Counted from the stretch's first letter, positions 10,438 through 21,925 are shown. The stretch: DNA of 64,000 nt from Escherichia coli (GCF_009931435.1 NZ_CP043414.1); one strand, 5' to 3'. The notes: generated by a model not told the origin, from the letters alone. Translations and numbers: made by a program.

Positions 10438-12402
10438 ATGGCAATGCTTTTCCTCATTCACCCAGATCCGCATTTCGCCTTCACCCCGGTTGGCCCAGCT
10501 AAACCACGGGATAAACGTCAGAGTTTGCGGCTGGCGTTTGGCTGGCGCACTATCGTAATGCCACAGCTGTTGCTGCTCTGGATTGCTCTGTTCATACCGG
10601 TAACCCGGTGCCTGGATTAAGATCTTATGGTGGAACAATCCATTACCTTCAAATGTCGTAAATAGCGCATCGGCGGGCAGCCACAGGTTATGCAGTGACT
10701 CGCCGTTGTCGGCCTGTTCCAGGCAATACACCAGCGGGCCGCGCTGAATCGCCACTTTTCCGGCGACGTGACGCACCAGCGGGTTACCGTAAACGCGACG
10801 TACCGGCATTGGCAAAGTCAGATTCAGCGTGTCGCCCTCCTGCCATTCGCGGGTAATGTGCAAATACCCTTTACGAATATCCTGCTCGACCTCTTCCCCA
10901 TTCAATGTAATCTGCGGCTGTGTGCACCAGTCCGGCAGACGTAAAGCCAGCGTATGACGCACCGGCTGGGGCGATTCAACCGCAATTGTCACCTGTTCCT
11001 GCCACGGATAGTTTCCGCTAACCCGCAGACGCAGCGTGCCATTTTCTACCGGCACTTCCATGCTGTTTCCTGCGTAGATGTTGATATACAACGCATCTTC
11101 ACGCGGCGTGTAGAGATAATGACCAATCGAGGTTAGCACACGGGCGATATTTGGCGGACAACAAGCGCAACCAAACCAACGCTGGCGGATCGGCTTAACG
11201 TGATCGTAGATATGGTTGAATTTCAGCGATTTTGGATGTACTTCCAGCGGATTCACATAGAAGAAATGTTTGCCATCCAGCGCCATGCCGCCGAGCACGG
11301 TGTTGTACAGTGCGCGCTCCATCACATCGGCATATTGACTGTCGCCTTCCATTTCCAGCATTCGCCGGGCGAACATCATCAGACCGATGGAAGCACAGCT
11401 TTCGGCGTATACCGTGTCATTCGGCAGATCGTAATCGCTGCTGAACGCTTCGCCGCTGCTTTGTGAGCCAATGCCGCCGGTAATATATAACTGACGCTGG
11501 GCCATATTGTTCCACAGCCGCAGGCAGTCCTGACGCTTGCTTTCATCGTGACTTAAACGCGCGAGATGCGCGACGCCGGTCATCAGGTAGACAAAACGTA
11601 CCGCGTGACCAATGGCGGTTTGCTGCTGTGCGATGGGCAAATGTGCCTGGCTGTAGGCTTTGTCTTTCACCATCCACGCCGGGCCGTAGGTGTGCCAGTG
11701 CGAGGTCTGCCCGCGCTTTTCATATTCCTGGTCGTAATAGTGCGGTTGCGCACCACGCTGTTCGACAAAATAGTGGGTCAGCGCCAGGTAGCGCGGCTCT
11801 TCGGTCACTTCATACAGGCGCATTAGTGCCAGTTCAATTTCCGGGTGACCAGGATAACCGTGTAACTTACTTTCACCTGGACCAAATACGCTGTCGATAT
11901 GATCGGCCAGACGGCAAACCACTTCCAGCAAGCGCCGCTTGCCCGTGGCCTGGAAGAAGGCGACTCCGGCTTCAATCAGATGACCGGCGCAGTAAAGTTC
12001 ATGACACTCCGCCAGATTGCTCCAGCGTTCTTCGGGCGCTTTTACCGTAAAGTAAGTATTGAGATAGCCATCTTCGCACTGGGCGGAAGCGACCAGTTCG
12101 ATTACCTCGTCAGCAGTTTTTTCCAGTTCGGCATCCGGCTTCTGGCACAGCGACCAGGCTACCGCTTCCAGCCATTTGGCGACGTCGCTGTCCTGAAACA
12201 CCATCCCGTAAAATTCACCGTCTTGCAGTCCTGCGGCAATGCGAAAGTTTTCAATCGCATGGCTGGGTTCCGCTTCTGGGATACGATCGTTCAAGGCATC
12301 CCACTGATAAGGAATCACCACGTCGCGGACCAGTTGTTGGTACTGACCGAGGAACGGATCGCTGACCGTCAGTTTATGCAGATCGACTTCCGAAATGTTC
12401 AT
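10432..12402 (-). CDS. Glycoside hydrolase family 127 (DUF1680, beta-L-arabinofuranosidase-like) protein, cytoplasmic
   Basis: 656-aa product from ATG at 12402, preceded by AAGGAG with 6-nt spacer; no signal peptide; E-x-C (AESCAS) and C-x-CC (FGCACCPPN) motifs consistent with the Zn/Cys active site described for GH127 HypBA1. Confidence 0.75.
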   Translation of the reverse strand: MNISEVDLHKLTVSDPFLGQYQQLVRDVVIPYQWDALNDRIPEAEPSHAIENFRIAAGLQDGEFYGMVFQDSDVAKWLEAVAWSLCQKPDAELEKTADEVIELVASAQCEDGYLNTYFTVKAPEERWSNLAECHELYCAGHLIEAGVAFFQATGKRRLLEVVCRLADHIDSVFGPGESKLHGYPGHPEIELALMRLYEVTEEPRYLALTHYFVEQRGAQPHYYDQEYEKRGQTSHWHTYGPAWMVKDKAYSQAHLPIAQQQTAIGHAVRFVYLMTGVAHLARLSHDESKRQDCLRLWNNMAQRQLYITGGIGSQSSGEAFSSDYDLPNDTVYAESCASIGLMMFARRMLEMEGDSQYADVMERALYNTVLGGMALDGKHFFYVNPLEVHPKSLKFNHIYDHVKPIRQRWFGCACCPPNIARVLTSIGHYLYTPREDALYINIYAGNSMEVPVENGTLRLRVSGNYPWQEQVTIAVESPQPVRHTLALRLPDWCTQPQITLNGEEVEQDIRKGYLHITREWQEGDTLNLTLPMPVRRVYGNPLVRHVAGKVAIQRGPLVYCLEQADNGESLHNLWLPADALFTTFEGNGLFHHKILIQAPGYRYEQSNPEQQQLWHYDSAPAKRQPQTLTFIPWFSWANRGEGEMRIWVNEEKHCHP

Positions 12403-12412
12403 CTTGTGCTCC

Positions 12413-13813
12413 TTAAGGCTGTACATGACGCTGACGCAGGTCGCTAGCAATGCGTGACATCATAGGGTTATTGAGTTTGCAAAAGCGGATCGCCATCGCC
12501 AGCAGCAGGTGGAACAGCGCAGGCAGCAATGTTTCCATCGCCGCGATCCCGCCAAGCGAACTGGCGGTCTGGTTTTCCACGCCTGGCTGGTAGGCGACAA
12601 AAATAAACAGCAGGCTGATGATCCCGGCGCTGGAGGCCCAGGCCAGCTTGATGAAAAACAGATTGAAGGCGAAGTTCATGCCGGAAGAACGTACGCGGGT
12701 TTTCCACTCGCCGTAGTCATCGGCAAAGGCCATCAATGAGAAGTGCAATGGCAATGTGAAGCCAAGAATCACGCCATTACCAAGGATCACCGCCAGCCAC
12801 AGCGTTTGATAAGCCGGGCCAGAAGGCAGGAACCACATCAACACCGCCAGCGCGGCGAGGAGCAGGTTGGTGTAGTAGTAAATTTTGACGGTATCGAAAC
12901 GTCGCGTTAACGGGCTGACAATCACCGAGCCGATAATGGAGGCGAAGGTGACCATAGTGAAGAACAGCGACGTGTAGCCCGTACTGCCTTGTAAGACGTA
13001 GGTAATGAAGTACATATACCCACCGCCGCGAATATTAAAGACGTTAATCAGCAGGAAAGACATGACCAGCATCAGCAGCAGTTGGTCGTTGTTTCGCAGC
13101 CCGGCAAGATGTTCGCGCAGGGTAAATTTCCCCATTGTGGAGAGTGGCACCCGTTCACGAACCCAGAAGAAACAGCACAGGAACATCACCACAGCGATGG
13201 CGCACAGCACGCCGACGCCCAGTTGATAGCCGCGCGCGGCATTACCCTGACCGAAGAGATCTACCATCCACGGCAGGCCAACCGAAACCAGAAATCCCGC
13301 TACGCCGCAGAGAACGAATCGCCAGGACTGGCAGGAGATCACTTCATTGTGGCGGGTGGTCATGGTGTTGATCAGCGCGCAGTACGGCACGTTGATGGCG
13401 GTATAACCGACTGAAAGGAGCAGGTAAGTGCCGAACGCCCAGGCGATTTTTACTCCCATGCTGGCATCTGGCACGGTGAACGTCAGGATGCCGATAATGC
13501 CGATGGGAATGGCAATCCACAACTGCCACGGACGAAAGCGCCCCCAGCGACTTTGCGTCCGGTCGGCAATGACGCCCATCACCGGGTCGGAGATGGCATC
13601 AAACACGCGCAGTGCAATAAACAGCGTGCCGACCAGCGCCGGAGTTAAGCCAAAAACGTCGGTGTAGAAAAAGGTGAGAAAGTTCATGATCAGGCAAGTT
13701 ATTACGGTGCCGCCTGCGTCACCCAGGCCGTAGCCTATTTTTTCCCGTACAGATAACGCATCGTCAATTTTACCTTTAGCGATATCAGCGGTAGTAATCG
13801 GTGTAGAGGTCAT
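12413..13813 (-). CDS. GPH-family (MFS superfamily) glycoside/cation symporter
   Basis: 466-aa ORF; about 12 hydrophobic helices; N-terminal region with conserved Asp (GYGLGDAGG...[18 protein letters not shown]) typical of MelB/YicJ-like transporters; stop lies 10 nt upstream of the GH127 start. Confidence 0.75.
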   Translation of the reverse strand: MTSTPITTADIAKGKIDDALSVREKIGYGLGDAGGTVITCLIMNFLTFFYTDVFGLTPALVGTLFIALRVFDAISDPVMGVIADRTQSRWGRFRPWQLWIAIPIGIIGILTFTVPDASMGVKIAWAFGTYLLLSVGYTAINVPYCALINTMTTRHNEVISCQSWRFVLCGVAGFLVSVGLPWMVDLFGQGNAARGYQLGVGVLCAIAVVMFLCCFFWVRERVPLSTMGKFTLREHLAGLRNNDQLLLMLVMSFLLINVFNIRGGGYMYFITYVLQGSTGYTSLFFTMVTFASIIGSVIVSPLTRRFDTVKIYYYTNLLLAALAVLMWFLPSGPAYQTLWLAVILGNGVILGFTLPLHFSLMAFADDYGEWKTRVRSSGMNFAFNLFFIKLAWASSAGIISLLFIFVAYQPGVENQTASSLGGIAAMETLLPALFHLLLAMAIRFCKLNNPMMSRIASDLRQRHVQP

Positions 13814-14038
13814 AGATATTCCTCGTGCATAGGGAGCAATTTTTAGTTTTATTGAAATGACATGATTAATTCTGCCGTGAACGGGAATATCAACAAGGCG
13901 AGAAAAGAGTAAAAAAAGGTGACGATTCCGACCTGAATTTAAAAGTGTGAATTGGATCAGGTGAAATTAATGTTTTTGATTAATAATCAAAAGGTAATGT
14001 GTTTAATCATTAATGAATAAGCGGGAAATTACATATCA

Positions 14039-14854
14039 ATGCTCGAATTATCCATGACGTTACCGATTAAAGTGCAAAATGGTGGATTATTTATTTCCCG
14101 TGGCGTAGGGAGGCATCCTGCAAGGCGGCTGGAGTCATGGGAAATTATCTTTGTCGAAAAAGGTCGATTAACGATTCAGGAAGAAGAGCAGATATTTCAG
14201 GTTGATGCGGGAGAGAGTTTATTGCTCTGGCCGAAACGTCAGCACGTTGGTGTTGAGGATTTCCCCGCTGACCTTAAATTTTACTGGCTACATTTTGAGG
14301 TTAAAGCGCCGGACAACGATCCGCGCTGGCTCACTCATCTTAGCGTGCCGCAGCACACCAAAGTCGCCGACCCTCAGGCGTTGAGTGCACTGTTTCGCCA
14401 GTTTTTAAGCGAGCAGGAAAAACATCAGCGTAGCCCTGCGCTGGAGTTTATTGTGTTGTTGATTTTACAGCAGCTTACCTTCGACGTACGTCTTGATGAA
14501 CAAGCCGATACTGCAGGCACCGCCCTTGCCTGGAAAGCACAAAAGCTGATCCGCACGCAATATCATCGCCCGCTTTCTACGGCAATTTTGGCCCGCGAGC
14601 TCTACTGTAATGCCGATTATCTTGGGCGCGTGTATCGTCGGGTATTTCGTTTGACGTTGACAGAAGCTATCCATCGCCAAAGAGTGCGCGAAGCCGAAAA
14701 GCTGTTAATTAGCGAAGCGCGATCGCTCACGGAAGTGGCGGCGTTGTGCGGGTTTAATGACGTTGGCTATTTCCGACAGATTTTTCGCAAACACACCGGT
14801 TTAACGCCAGCTGCGTGGAAGCGACGTTACAGTAAGGAACATATCAATTCGTAG
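14039..14854 (+). CDS. AraC/XylS-family transcriptional regulator
   Basis: 271-aa ORF; N-terminal cupin-like sugar-binding domain, C-terminal double HTH (LTEVAALCGFNDVGYFRQIFRKHTGLTPAAWKRRY); divergent from the transporter gene. Confidence 0.8.
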   Translation: MLELSMTLPIKVQNGGLFISRGVGRHPARRLESWEIIFVEKGRLTIQEEEQIFQVDAGESLLLWPKRQHVGVEDFPADLKFYWLHFEVKAPDNDPRWLTHLSVPQHTKVADPQALSALFRQFLSEQEKHQRSPALEFIVLLILQQLTFDVRLDEQADTAGTALAWKAQKLIRTQYHRPLSTAILARELYCNADYLGRVYRRVFRLTLTEAIHRQRVREAEKLLISEARSLTEVAALCGFNDVGYFRQIFRKHTGLTPAAWKRRYSKEHINS

Positions 14855-14856
14855 TG

Positions 14857-14876
14857 CCGGGGCAATGAAGCCCCGG
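14857..14876. terminator. Hairpin between convergent AraC-type gene and sgbE (possible bidirectional terminator)
   Basis: ccgggg-caatgaag-ccccgg stem-loop; no clear T-run. Confidence 0.3.
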
Positions 14877-14885
14877 TCTGAGAGA

Positions 14886-15581
14886 TTACTGCCCGTAATA
14901 GGCATTGGCCCCATGCTTACGCAGGTAATGCTTATCCAGAAGTTCGTTTTGCATCGCAGGAAGCTGCGGCGCAAGCTGGCGCGAGAACAGGCCCATATAG
15001 GCGCACTCTTCGAGTACCACGGCATTATGCACCGCATCGGCGGCGTTATTGCCCCAGGCGAACGGACCGTGAGAATGCACCAATACCGCCGGGATTTGTG
15101 CCGGACTCCTGCCGCGTTCTTCGAAAGTTTCAATGATCACTTCGCCGGTCTGATATTCATATTCGCCGTTAATCTCCGCTGCGGTCATCTGTCGCGTGCA
15201 GGGGATTGCGCCATAGAAATAATCGGCGTGCGTAGTGCCCCAGGCAGGGAGATCCAGCCCGGCCTGTGACCAGATGGTGGCGTGGCGCGAGTGGGTATGC
15301 ACAATGCCACCGATTTCGGCATAGCGACGGTAAAGCGCCAGATGCGTTGGCGTATCGGACGAGGGCTTTTTGCTACCTTCCACCACCTTGCCGCTGGCTA
15401 TCTCAACCACCACCATATCGTCGGCGGTCATCACGTCGTACTCGACGCCGGAAGGCTTAATTACCATCCATTGCCGCGTCTCGTCTACCGCACTGACATT
15501 GCCCCAGGTAAACGTCACCAGATGGTGAGCGGGAAGCGCCAGATTTGCCGCCAGTACGTCGGCTTTCAATCGCTCTAACAT
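14886..15581 (-). CDS. sgbE: L-ribulose-5-phosphate 4-epimerase
   Basis: 231-aa ORF, class II aldolase/epimerase (AraD-like); last gene of the yiaK-sgbE operon. Confidence 0.9.
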   Translation of the reverse strand: MLERLKADVLAANLALPAHHLVTFTWGNVSAVDETRQWMVIKPSGVEYDVMTADDMVVVEIASGKVVEGSKKPSSDTPTHLALYRRYAEIGGIVHTHSRHATIWSQAGLDLPAWGTTHADYFYGAIPCTRQMTAAEINGEYEYQTGEVIIETFEERGRSPAQIPAVLVHSHGPFAWGNNAADAVHNAVVLEECAYMGLFSRQLAPQLPAMQNELLDKHYLRKHGANAYYGQ

Positions 15582-16435
15582 ATAAATCCAGCCTCCTGCA
15601 TACGCGCTTCAATCCAGCGCCGTGCCTGAATAATCTCCAGCACCGGCTCTTTGGCTTTTTCGGTCCACATCTCAATCAGAAATGATCCGCGATAGTTCAG
15701 TTCATGCAGCGTTTTGAAGATGCCAACGAAATCGACGCAGCCTTCGCCAAACGGCACGTCGCGGAACTGTCCGGGGCTTTGCTCGGTGACTGGCTGGGTG
15801 TCTTTCAGGTGGATGGCGGCGATACGGTCAATGCCCAGTTTCAGTTCGGCGGGAACATCATTGCCCCAGGCGCTAAGGTTGCCGACGTCCGGGTAGACGG
15901 TGAACCACGGCGAGGCGAGCATCTCGTCCCACTTTTTCCATTTGCTGATGGAGTTCATAAACGAGGTATCCATAATCTCCACCGCCAGCATTACTTGTGA
16001 TGCCGCCGCCTGTTCGACAGCCCACGTCAGCCCTTCAGCAAAACGTTGCCGGGTACCTTCGTCATGGTCTTCGTAATAGACGTCGTAGCCCGCCAGTTGA
16101 ATGGTGCGAATACCGAGATCGCACGCCAGATGAATTGCTTTGCTCATGATCTCCAGTGCTCGCTGGCGTACCGCGTCGTCACGGCTACCAAAGGGAAAAC
16201 GACGATGTGCGGACAGGCACATCGACGGGATCCCAACGCCCGTTTCGATCATCGCGGCAACCAGCGAAGTCCTTTGTGCGGCGCTCCAGTCAAGGCGCGA
16301 CAGACGCTCGTCAGTTTCATCCACCGACATTTCGACAAAATCAAAGCCACAGCTTTTCGCCAGCACCAGCCGCTCCGGCCAGGAGAGATCTTTCGCCAGT
16401 GCTTTTTCATAAATCCCTAACGGATGATTACGCAC
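15575..16435 (-). CDS. sgbU: L-xylulose-5-phosphate 3-epimerase
   Basis: 286-aa product from GTG at 16435 ([13 protein letters not shown]...); overlaps sgbH stop by 8 nt; xylose-isomerase-like TIM barrel family. Confidence 0.85.
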   Translation of the reverse strand: MRNHPLGIYEKALAKDLSWPERLVLAKSCGFDFVEMSVDETDERLSRLDWSAAQRTSLVAAMIETGVGIPSMCLSAHRRFPFGSRDDAVRQRALEIMSKAIHLACDLGIRTIQLAGYDVYYEDHDEGTRQRFAEGLTWAVEQAAASQVMLAVEIMDTSFMNSISKWKKWDEMLASPWFTVYPDVGNLSAWGNDVPAELKLGIDRIAAIHLKDTQPVTEQSPGQFRDVPFGEGCVDFVGIFKTLHELNYRGSFLIEMWTEKAKEPVLEIIQARRWIEARMQEAGFIC

Positions 16436-17090
16436 GCGCGCCTCCCCAGATAGCGTCGATTTGCGCATGGAAGTCGGCCGCCACCTGCGCCGGATTTGCT
16501 GCGCCTGCCAGCGCCCGCCCGGCAATAAACGCTTTCACGCGGATATCTTTAAACAGCGGCAGGTCAGCAGGCGTAATCCCGCCGGTAACGGAAAGCTCAA
16601 GGCCGATATCGGAAAGCGCCTTCATGCGTGCCAGATCGGCTTCGCCCCACTGTTGCCCGCTGGCCTGCGCGTCACGGCCACGATGATAAATGGCCTGCCG
16701 CACGCCAATACGATGCCAGTCGCGGGCGTCGTCCAGCGTCCAGTTACCAAAAAGCTCTATCTGGATTTCACCACCGCAGCGTTGCGCCATCGCGTGGCCT
16801 TTTTCCACCGTCGCGAGCGGTGCGGCGCAGATGATGGTCATCCAGTTAGCGCCTGCACCAAACGCCTGTTGCGCGAGCGTTTCACCCGCGTCGGCGACTT
16901 TCCAGTCAGCAACGATGATTTTGTCCGGGCACTGTTCGCGCAAGGCTTTCACCGCGCCAAGCCCTTCGTTTAAACAGAGAATGGTGCCCGCTTCGACGAT
17001 ATCGACGCTGTCTTTTAACAGCGCAACGTCGCGCTGTGCGGCTTCAAGTGATGAGTGGTCGAGGGCCAGTTGCAGAAGTGGTCTGCTCAT
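16428..17090 (-). CDS. sgbH: 3-keto-L-gulonate-6-phosphate decarboxylase
   Basis: 220-aa ORF; orotidine-5'-phosphate decarboxylase-like family; overlaps lyxK stop (ATGA-type junction). Confidence 0.9.
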   Translation of the reverse strand: MSRPLLQLALDHSSLEAAQRDVALLKDSVDIVEAGTILCLNEGLGAVKALREQCPDKIIVADWKVADAGETLAQQAFGAGANWMTIICAAPLATVEKGHAMAQRCGGEIQIELFGNWTLDDARDWHRIGVRQAIYHRGRDAQASGQQWGEADLARMKALSDIGLELSVTGGITPADLPLFKDIRVKAFIAGRALAGAANPAQVAADFHAQIDAIWGGARA

Positions 17091-18583
17091 AATGTGTTCT
17101 CCTTAACGCGGGCATGAAAGCCCTGTAGTGCGGCAATGAGGTGCTGATAGCGTTGGTATTTTTGTTGGTAAAGCTGATGGGCGGTCATATCCGGTAACAG
17201 GGTGCGCACCGGGTGCTGTTGATCGCGCTGGGCTTCGCTGAAATCGCGATAAACACCGGTGCCGACGCGGGCGGCAAGCGCCGCGCCAAAACAGCCGGTT
17301 TCTTCCACCTGCGGCAGTTCGATACGTAAGCCGCTGACGTCCGCCAGCATTTGCATCCAGACATCGGAGTGCGCCGGGCCACCAGTCACGCGCAGGGTGT
17401 GAACATCAGTAAAACGTTCGCGCATCCGGTTGAGATGGGTCATATGGCTGAACACCACCCCTTCATAGATGGCCTGCAACAGGTGTGCGCGGGTGTGTAT
17501 GGCCTGCATCCCGTAGAAACCGCTGGTCATCTCGAGTCCGGCGTTGCTGCCGTACAGGAACGGCAGGAAAAAGAGATCGCCACCGGCTTTCGGTAAGCTG
17601 ACAACAGCCTGGTTGATCTCAGCAAACGAGATTTCTCCCCACTGCGCGGTAAACCATTCGAGATTGCCGGAAGAGGTAGGGCTGGCTTCGTGAACGATAA
17701 ATTCACCGTCGTTAACGTAGCGGCCATAGACATACGGATGCGCTTCACCGTCACGTAAACCGCAGGTTATGCCGCTGGTCACCGCCCAGGTGCCCATTAC
17801 CGCATTGAGGGTAAATTCGTCTTCGATTCCGGCGCAGAGTGCGGTAGAAACCACATCAAACAGGCCGCCGACAACGGGCGTACCCGCTTTCAGACCGGTC
17901 AGTGCGGCTGTCTGAGCGGTGATTTCCCCGCAGATTTCGGCAGATCCGACAACAGGCGGCAGGGCGAGATTGATTTCACTGATCCCCAGACAGTCGGTGA
18001 GGCACGGGTCATATTCCCCGCGACTCATGTTGTAGAGATTGGATTCGGAAATATTGCTCTCTTCGCAGCCTTTGACACCGGTTAAACACCAGCGCAGGTA
18101 GTCGTGCGTCATCATCACGCAGCCAATTTGCGCGTAGCGTTCTGGTTCGTGCACTTTCAGCCAGCGTAACAGCGACACCGGATGCCCGGTCCACAAGGTT
18201 TGTCGGGTCAGCGGGTAGAGTTTTTCCGGGATGCTATCTTCCTGCCAGCGACGAACGATTTCCATCGCCCGGCGATCCGAGGATAAAATGGCGTTACCGA
18301 GCGGCTTGTCGTTTTTATCCAGCAAAAACAAGCCCTTTCCCTGTGCGGAGATACCGATGCCGACAATTTGCTCCCCGCTAACGCTGGAATGGGTAAGCAG
18401 GGCGCGAATGACAGCCATGCAGCATTGCCACAGTTCTGCCATATCGCGCTCTGCCCAGCCTGGCTGCGGGCTTAATGCGCACAGCGGCAGGCGCTGCACG
18501 CCTGCCTCCCGGCCTTCGCGGTCATACAGTCCGGCTTTTAGCCAGCTTCCGCCACAATCTAACCCCAGCCAGTATTGCGTCAT
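17087..18583 (-). CDS. lyxK: L-xylulose / 3-keto-L-gulonate kinase
   Basis: 498-aa ORF, FGGY carbohydrate kinase family (MTQYWLGLDCGGSWLKAGLYD). Confidence 0.9.
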   Translation of the reverse strand: MTQYWLGLDCGGSWLKAGLYDREGREAGVQRLPLCALSPQPGWAERDMAELWQCCMAVIRALLTHSSVSGEQIVGIGISAQGKGLFLLDKNDKPLGNAILSSDRRAMEIVRRWQEDSIPEKLYPLTRQTLWTGHPVSLLRWLKVHEPERYAQIGCVMMTHDYLRWCLTGVKGCEESNISESNLYNMSRGEYDPCLTDCLGISEINLALPPVVGSAEICGEITAQTAALTGLKAGTPVVGGLFDVVSTALCAGIEDEFTLNAVMGTWAVTSGITCGLRDGEAHPYVYGRYVNDGEFIVHEASPTSSGNLEWFTAQWGEISFAEINQAVVSLPKAGGDLFFLPFLYGSNAGLEMTSGFYGMQAIHTRAHLLQAIYEGVVFSHMTHLNRMRERFTDVHTLRVTGGPAHSDVWMQMLADVSGLRIELPQVEETGCFGAALAARVGTGVYRDFSEAQRDQQHPVRTLLPDMTAHQLYQQKYQRYQHLIAALQGFHARVKENTL

Positions 18584-18586
18584 GGC

Positions 18587-19573
18587 TTATTGCACCTCAT
18601 CCACGGCTTTCAGCAGTTCATCGCCCTGCGGAACATCTTTTACAAACATGTCGCGGACCTGAGTACCCAGTACGTCGCTAAAGGCTTTGCGATCAAGTTC
18701 GGTGATGACTTCCACGCCAGCGTCTTTCATGCCGTCGATGATTTTTTGCTGATTTTCGGCGACCAATTTGCGCTGGTAATTACCCGCTTCTTGTGCAGAT
18801 GAAATTAGCGCTTGCTGGAACTCCGGGCTTAAGCCATCAAACTTCGCTTTGTTGATCACCACCAGAAGTGGGGAATAGGCATGGTGCGTCAGAGAAAGGT
18901 ACTTCTGCACTTCATAAAATTTGGCTGACCAGACGACGTTGATGGGATGTTCCTGAGCGTCGATAGTGCGCGTTTCCAGCCCGGTATAGACTTCGGCAAA
19001 CGGCATCGGAATCGGGTTAGCGCCAAAGACTTTGAATGCGGCGATATTCATCGGGCTATTGTTGGTGCGTATTTTCAGCCCTTTCAGGTCGGCAGGTGTT
19101 TTAACTGGCTGGCGTGAGTTGGTGACATCGCGCCAGCCGTTTTCCCAGTAGGCCAGTACTTTCAGTCCCTTACCTTCAAGGGAGGCCTTCAGTTCATCGC
19201 CGACTTTGCCGTCGAGCGTTTTATGCGCGTGGGCGGTATCGCGGAACAGGAACGGGACATCAAGCAGGTTCATCACTGGTGATAACCCGGCAAAGTTATT
19301 CGACCCGGACATCTCCATATCAATAGTGCCGCCACGCACGCCGCTGATCATCGCTTGCGCGTTGCCGAGAGTACTGTCCGGGAACAATTTTAATTTCAGC
19401 TCACCTTTGGTTCTCTCCTGTAATAATTCATTAAATTTTTTCGCTGCAATATGTTGTGAGTCGATTTGTGAAGTTTCATAACCGAAACGTAATGATTGTG
19501 CCGCCAGCGAAGATGTGCTGAACGCCGCCACTCCGGCAATTAATAAAGCGTAGGTTACAGAGCGTAATTTCAT
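18587..19573 (-). CDS. yiaO: TRAP transporter periplasmic solute-binding protein (2,3-diketo-L-gulonate)
   Basis: 328-aa ORF with signal peptide; DctP-family. Confidence 0.9.
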   Translation of the reverse strand: MKLRSVTYALLIAGVAAFSTSSLAAQSLRFGYETSQIDSQHIAAKKFNELLQERTKGELKLKLFPDSTLGNAQAMISGVRGGTIDMEMSGSNNFAGLSPVMNLLDVPFLFRDTAHAHKTLDGKVGDELKASLEGKGLKVLAYWENGWRDVTNSRQPVKTPADLKGLKIRTNNSPMNIAAFKVFGANPIPMPFAEVYTGLETRTIDAQEHPINVVWSAKFYEVQKYLSLTHHAYSPLLVVINKAKFDGLSPEFQQALISSAQEAGNYQRKLVAENQQKIIDGMKDAGVEVITELDRKAFSDVLGTQVRDMFVKDVPQGDELLKAVDEVQ

Positions 19574-19585
19574 TATATTTTCCTT

Positions 19586-20863
19586 TTAATTAATCCATTT
19601 CAACGGGAGGATGATGAGATCGGGAATAAAAACAAATACGACTAATAATGAATATAAAACCAGGACGTAAGGGAAAACGCCTCTGACTGCATCATCGAAT
19701 TTGAGTTTAGCCACCCCTGAAATAACGTTAAGCACATTACCGATAGGCGGTGTAATTAAGCCGATTGAGCAGTTGATGATAAACATGACTCCGAAGTAAA
19801 TCGGATCGATTCCTGCCTCTTTAACTAAAGGCATTAATACCGGGGTAAGAATTAACACCGTCGGCGTTAAATCCATGACCATGCCGACAATCAGGATAGC
19901 CACCATAATGACGATAAACAGCAGACGCGGTGAATCGACCAACGGTTGCAGTAAATCAGAAACCATCATCGGCAGTTCAGCAATGGTGATCAGCCAGGCG
20001 GAAACTTGTGCCGAGGCCACCAGAAACATTACCACTGAGGTGGTTTTCGCCGCGCCAATAAGTACATGCCAAAGTGTGGCGAAGGTCATTTCACGGTAAA
20101 TAACCGTGGCGACAAATAACGCATAGAAAGCAGCAACGGCCCCGGCTTCGGTAGGGGTAAACAGACCGGAGCGAAAGCCGCCAATAATAATGACCGGAAG
20201 AAATAGCGCCCAGATACCGGAAACAAAAGAGTGCCAGATTTCTCGTTTCGTTGCTTTTTGCTGACGGGGTAAATTAAGACGACTGGCCTGCCACCACCAT
20301 GTGAGCATCAGCGTTGCGCCCATCATAATGCCTGGGGCAATGCCCGCCATAAACAACTTACTGATGGATAATCCGCTGGAAACACCGAAGATAATAAACG
20401 GAATGGAAGGGGGAATAATTGGCGCGATAATCCCGCCAGAGGCAATCAGCCCCGCAGCACGGTTGACCGGGTAGTTAGCGCTGCGCATCATCGGCACCAG
20501 TAGCGCGGCAACGGCGGCGGTATCCGCAACAGCAGAACCGGAAAGGCTCGCCATAATCATTGCCGCCAGCACGCCTACGTAGCCCAACCCGCCTGGTTTA
20601 TGCCCGACCAGTTTCATCGGCAGGTCAACAATGCGTTTTGATAAGCCGCCCGCATTCATGATTTCACCCGCCAGTACAAAGAACGGAATCGCCAGCAGGG
20701 AGAAGCTGTCAGCACCGTTTACCAGCGTTTGCGCCATGATCTGGACATCAAACATATCCAGCCAGAACATAAGCGCCGCCCCGCACAACAGTAGCGACCA
20801 GGCAATAGGCAAACCGATGGCAATGCCACCCAACAGGCAGCCCAGAAAAATCAGCACAGCCAT
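19586..20863 (-). CDS. yiaN: TRAP transporter large permease subunit
   Basis: 425-aa polytopic membrane protein, DctM family. Confidence 0.9.
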   Translation of the reverse strand: MAVLIFLGCLLGGIAIGLPIAWSLLLCGAALMFWLDMFDVQIMAQTLVNGADSFSLLAIPFFVLAGEIMNAGGLSKRIVDLPMKLVGHKPGGLGYVGVLAAMIMASLSGSAVADTAAVAALLVPMMRSANYPVNRAAGLIASGGIIAPIIPPSIPFIIFGVSSGLSISKLFMAGIAPGIMMGATLMLTWWWQASRLNLPRQQKATKREIWHSFVSGIWALFLPVIIIGGFRSGLFTPTEAGAVAAFYALFVATVIYREMTFATLWHVLIGAAKTTSVVMFLVASAQVSAWLITIAELPMMVSDLLQPLVDSPRLLFIVIMVAILIVGMVMDLTPTVLILTPVLMPLVKEAGIDPIYFGVMFIINCSIGLITPPIGNVLNVISGVAKLKFDDAVRGVFPYVLVLYSLLVVFVFIPDLIILPLKWIN

Positions 20864-20865
20864 GA

Positions 20866-21339
20866 TTAAGCTCCTTGCGGTGGCGGCGTTAGAGAATTGC
20901 TACGCGTGATGAGTTGATATAAAAGGTGCAGCTCAAAGAATGCGATAACGAGGCTGGTGGGCAGACAAGCGGCATACATCAGGCCGATGGGCAAGCCGAG
21001 GATCGGTGAATAATCGCTCCAGTCCTGAATTGTTTTTAGCGTTGCGCCCCAGGCCAGTGCGCCACAAATAAATAATATTAAGGAGTGGGTAACCAGAGCG
21101 ACTCGTCGCTGCCACGCGGGGGAGAGTTTCTCCACCAGAAAGGTAACCTGAACGTGGGCGTTATCCATAAAAGCCACAATCGCGCCAATAAAGGTTAACC
21201 AGACAAATAAATAACGCGACAATTCATCTACAGATAAAATACTTGTCTGAAAACCATATCTTAAAATAATGTTTATAAACACAATACAGGAAAGTACGGC
21301 GAGATTAATCGCCAGTATTGCTTCAAGTATTTTTTTCAT
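20866..21339 (-). CDS. yiaM: TRAP transporter small permease subunit
   Basis: 157-aa membrane protein, DctQ family; 2 nt upstream of yiaN. Confidence 0.9.
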   Translation of the reverse strand: MKKILEAILAINLAVLSCIVFINIILRYGFQTSILSVDELSRYLFVWLTFIGAIVAFMDNAHVQVTFLVEKLSPAWQRRVALVTHSLILFICGALAWGATLKTIQDWSDYSPILGLPIGLMYAACLPTSLVIAFFELHLLYQLITRSNSLTPPPQGA

Positions 21340-21446
21340 AGCTATTCCTTGAGGCTATGTTTGTCATAATTCAAGTTGCATGTGCAGCAACCTGAATTAT
21401 TAATATAGTTAGAGCAATAACATTACCCAGGCGTTCTGGTGTTCGA

Positions 21447-21917
<471 letters not shown>

Positions 21918-21925
21918 TTATCTCC

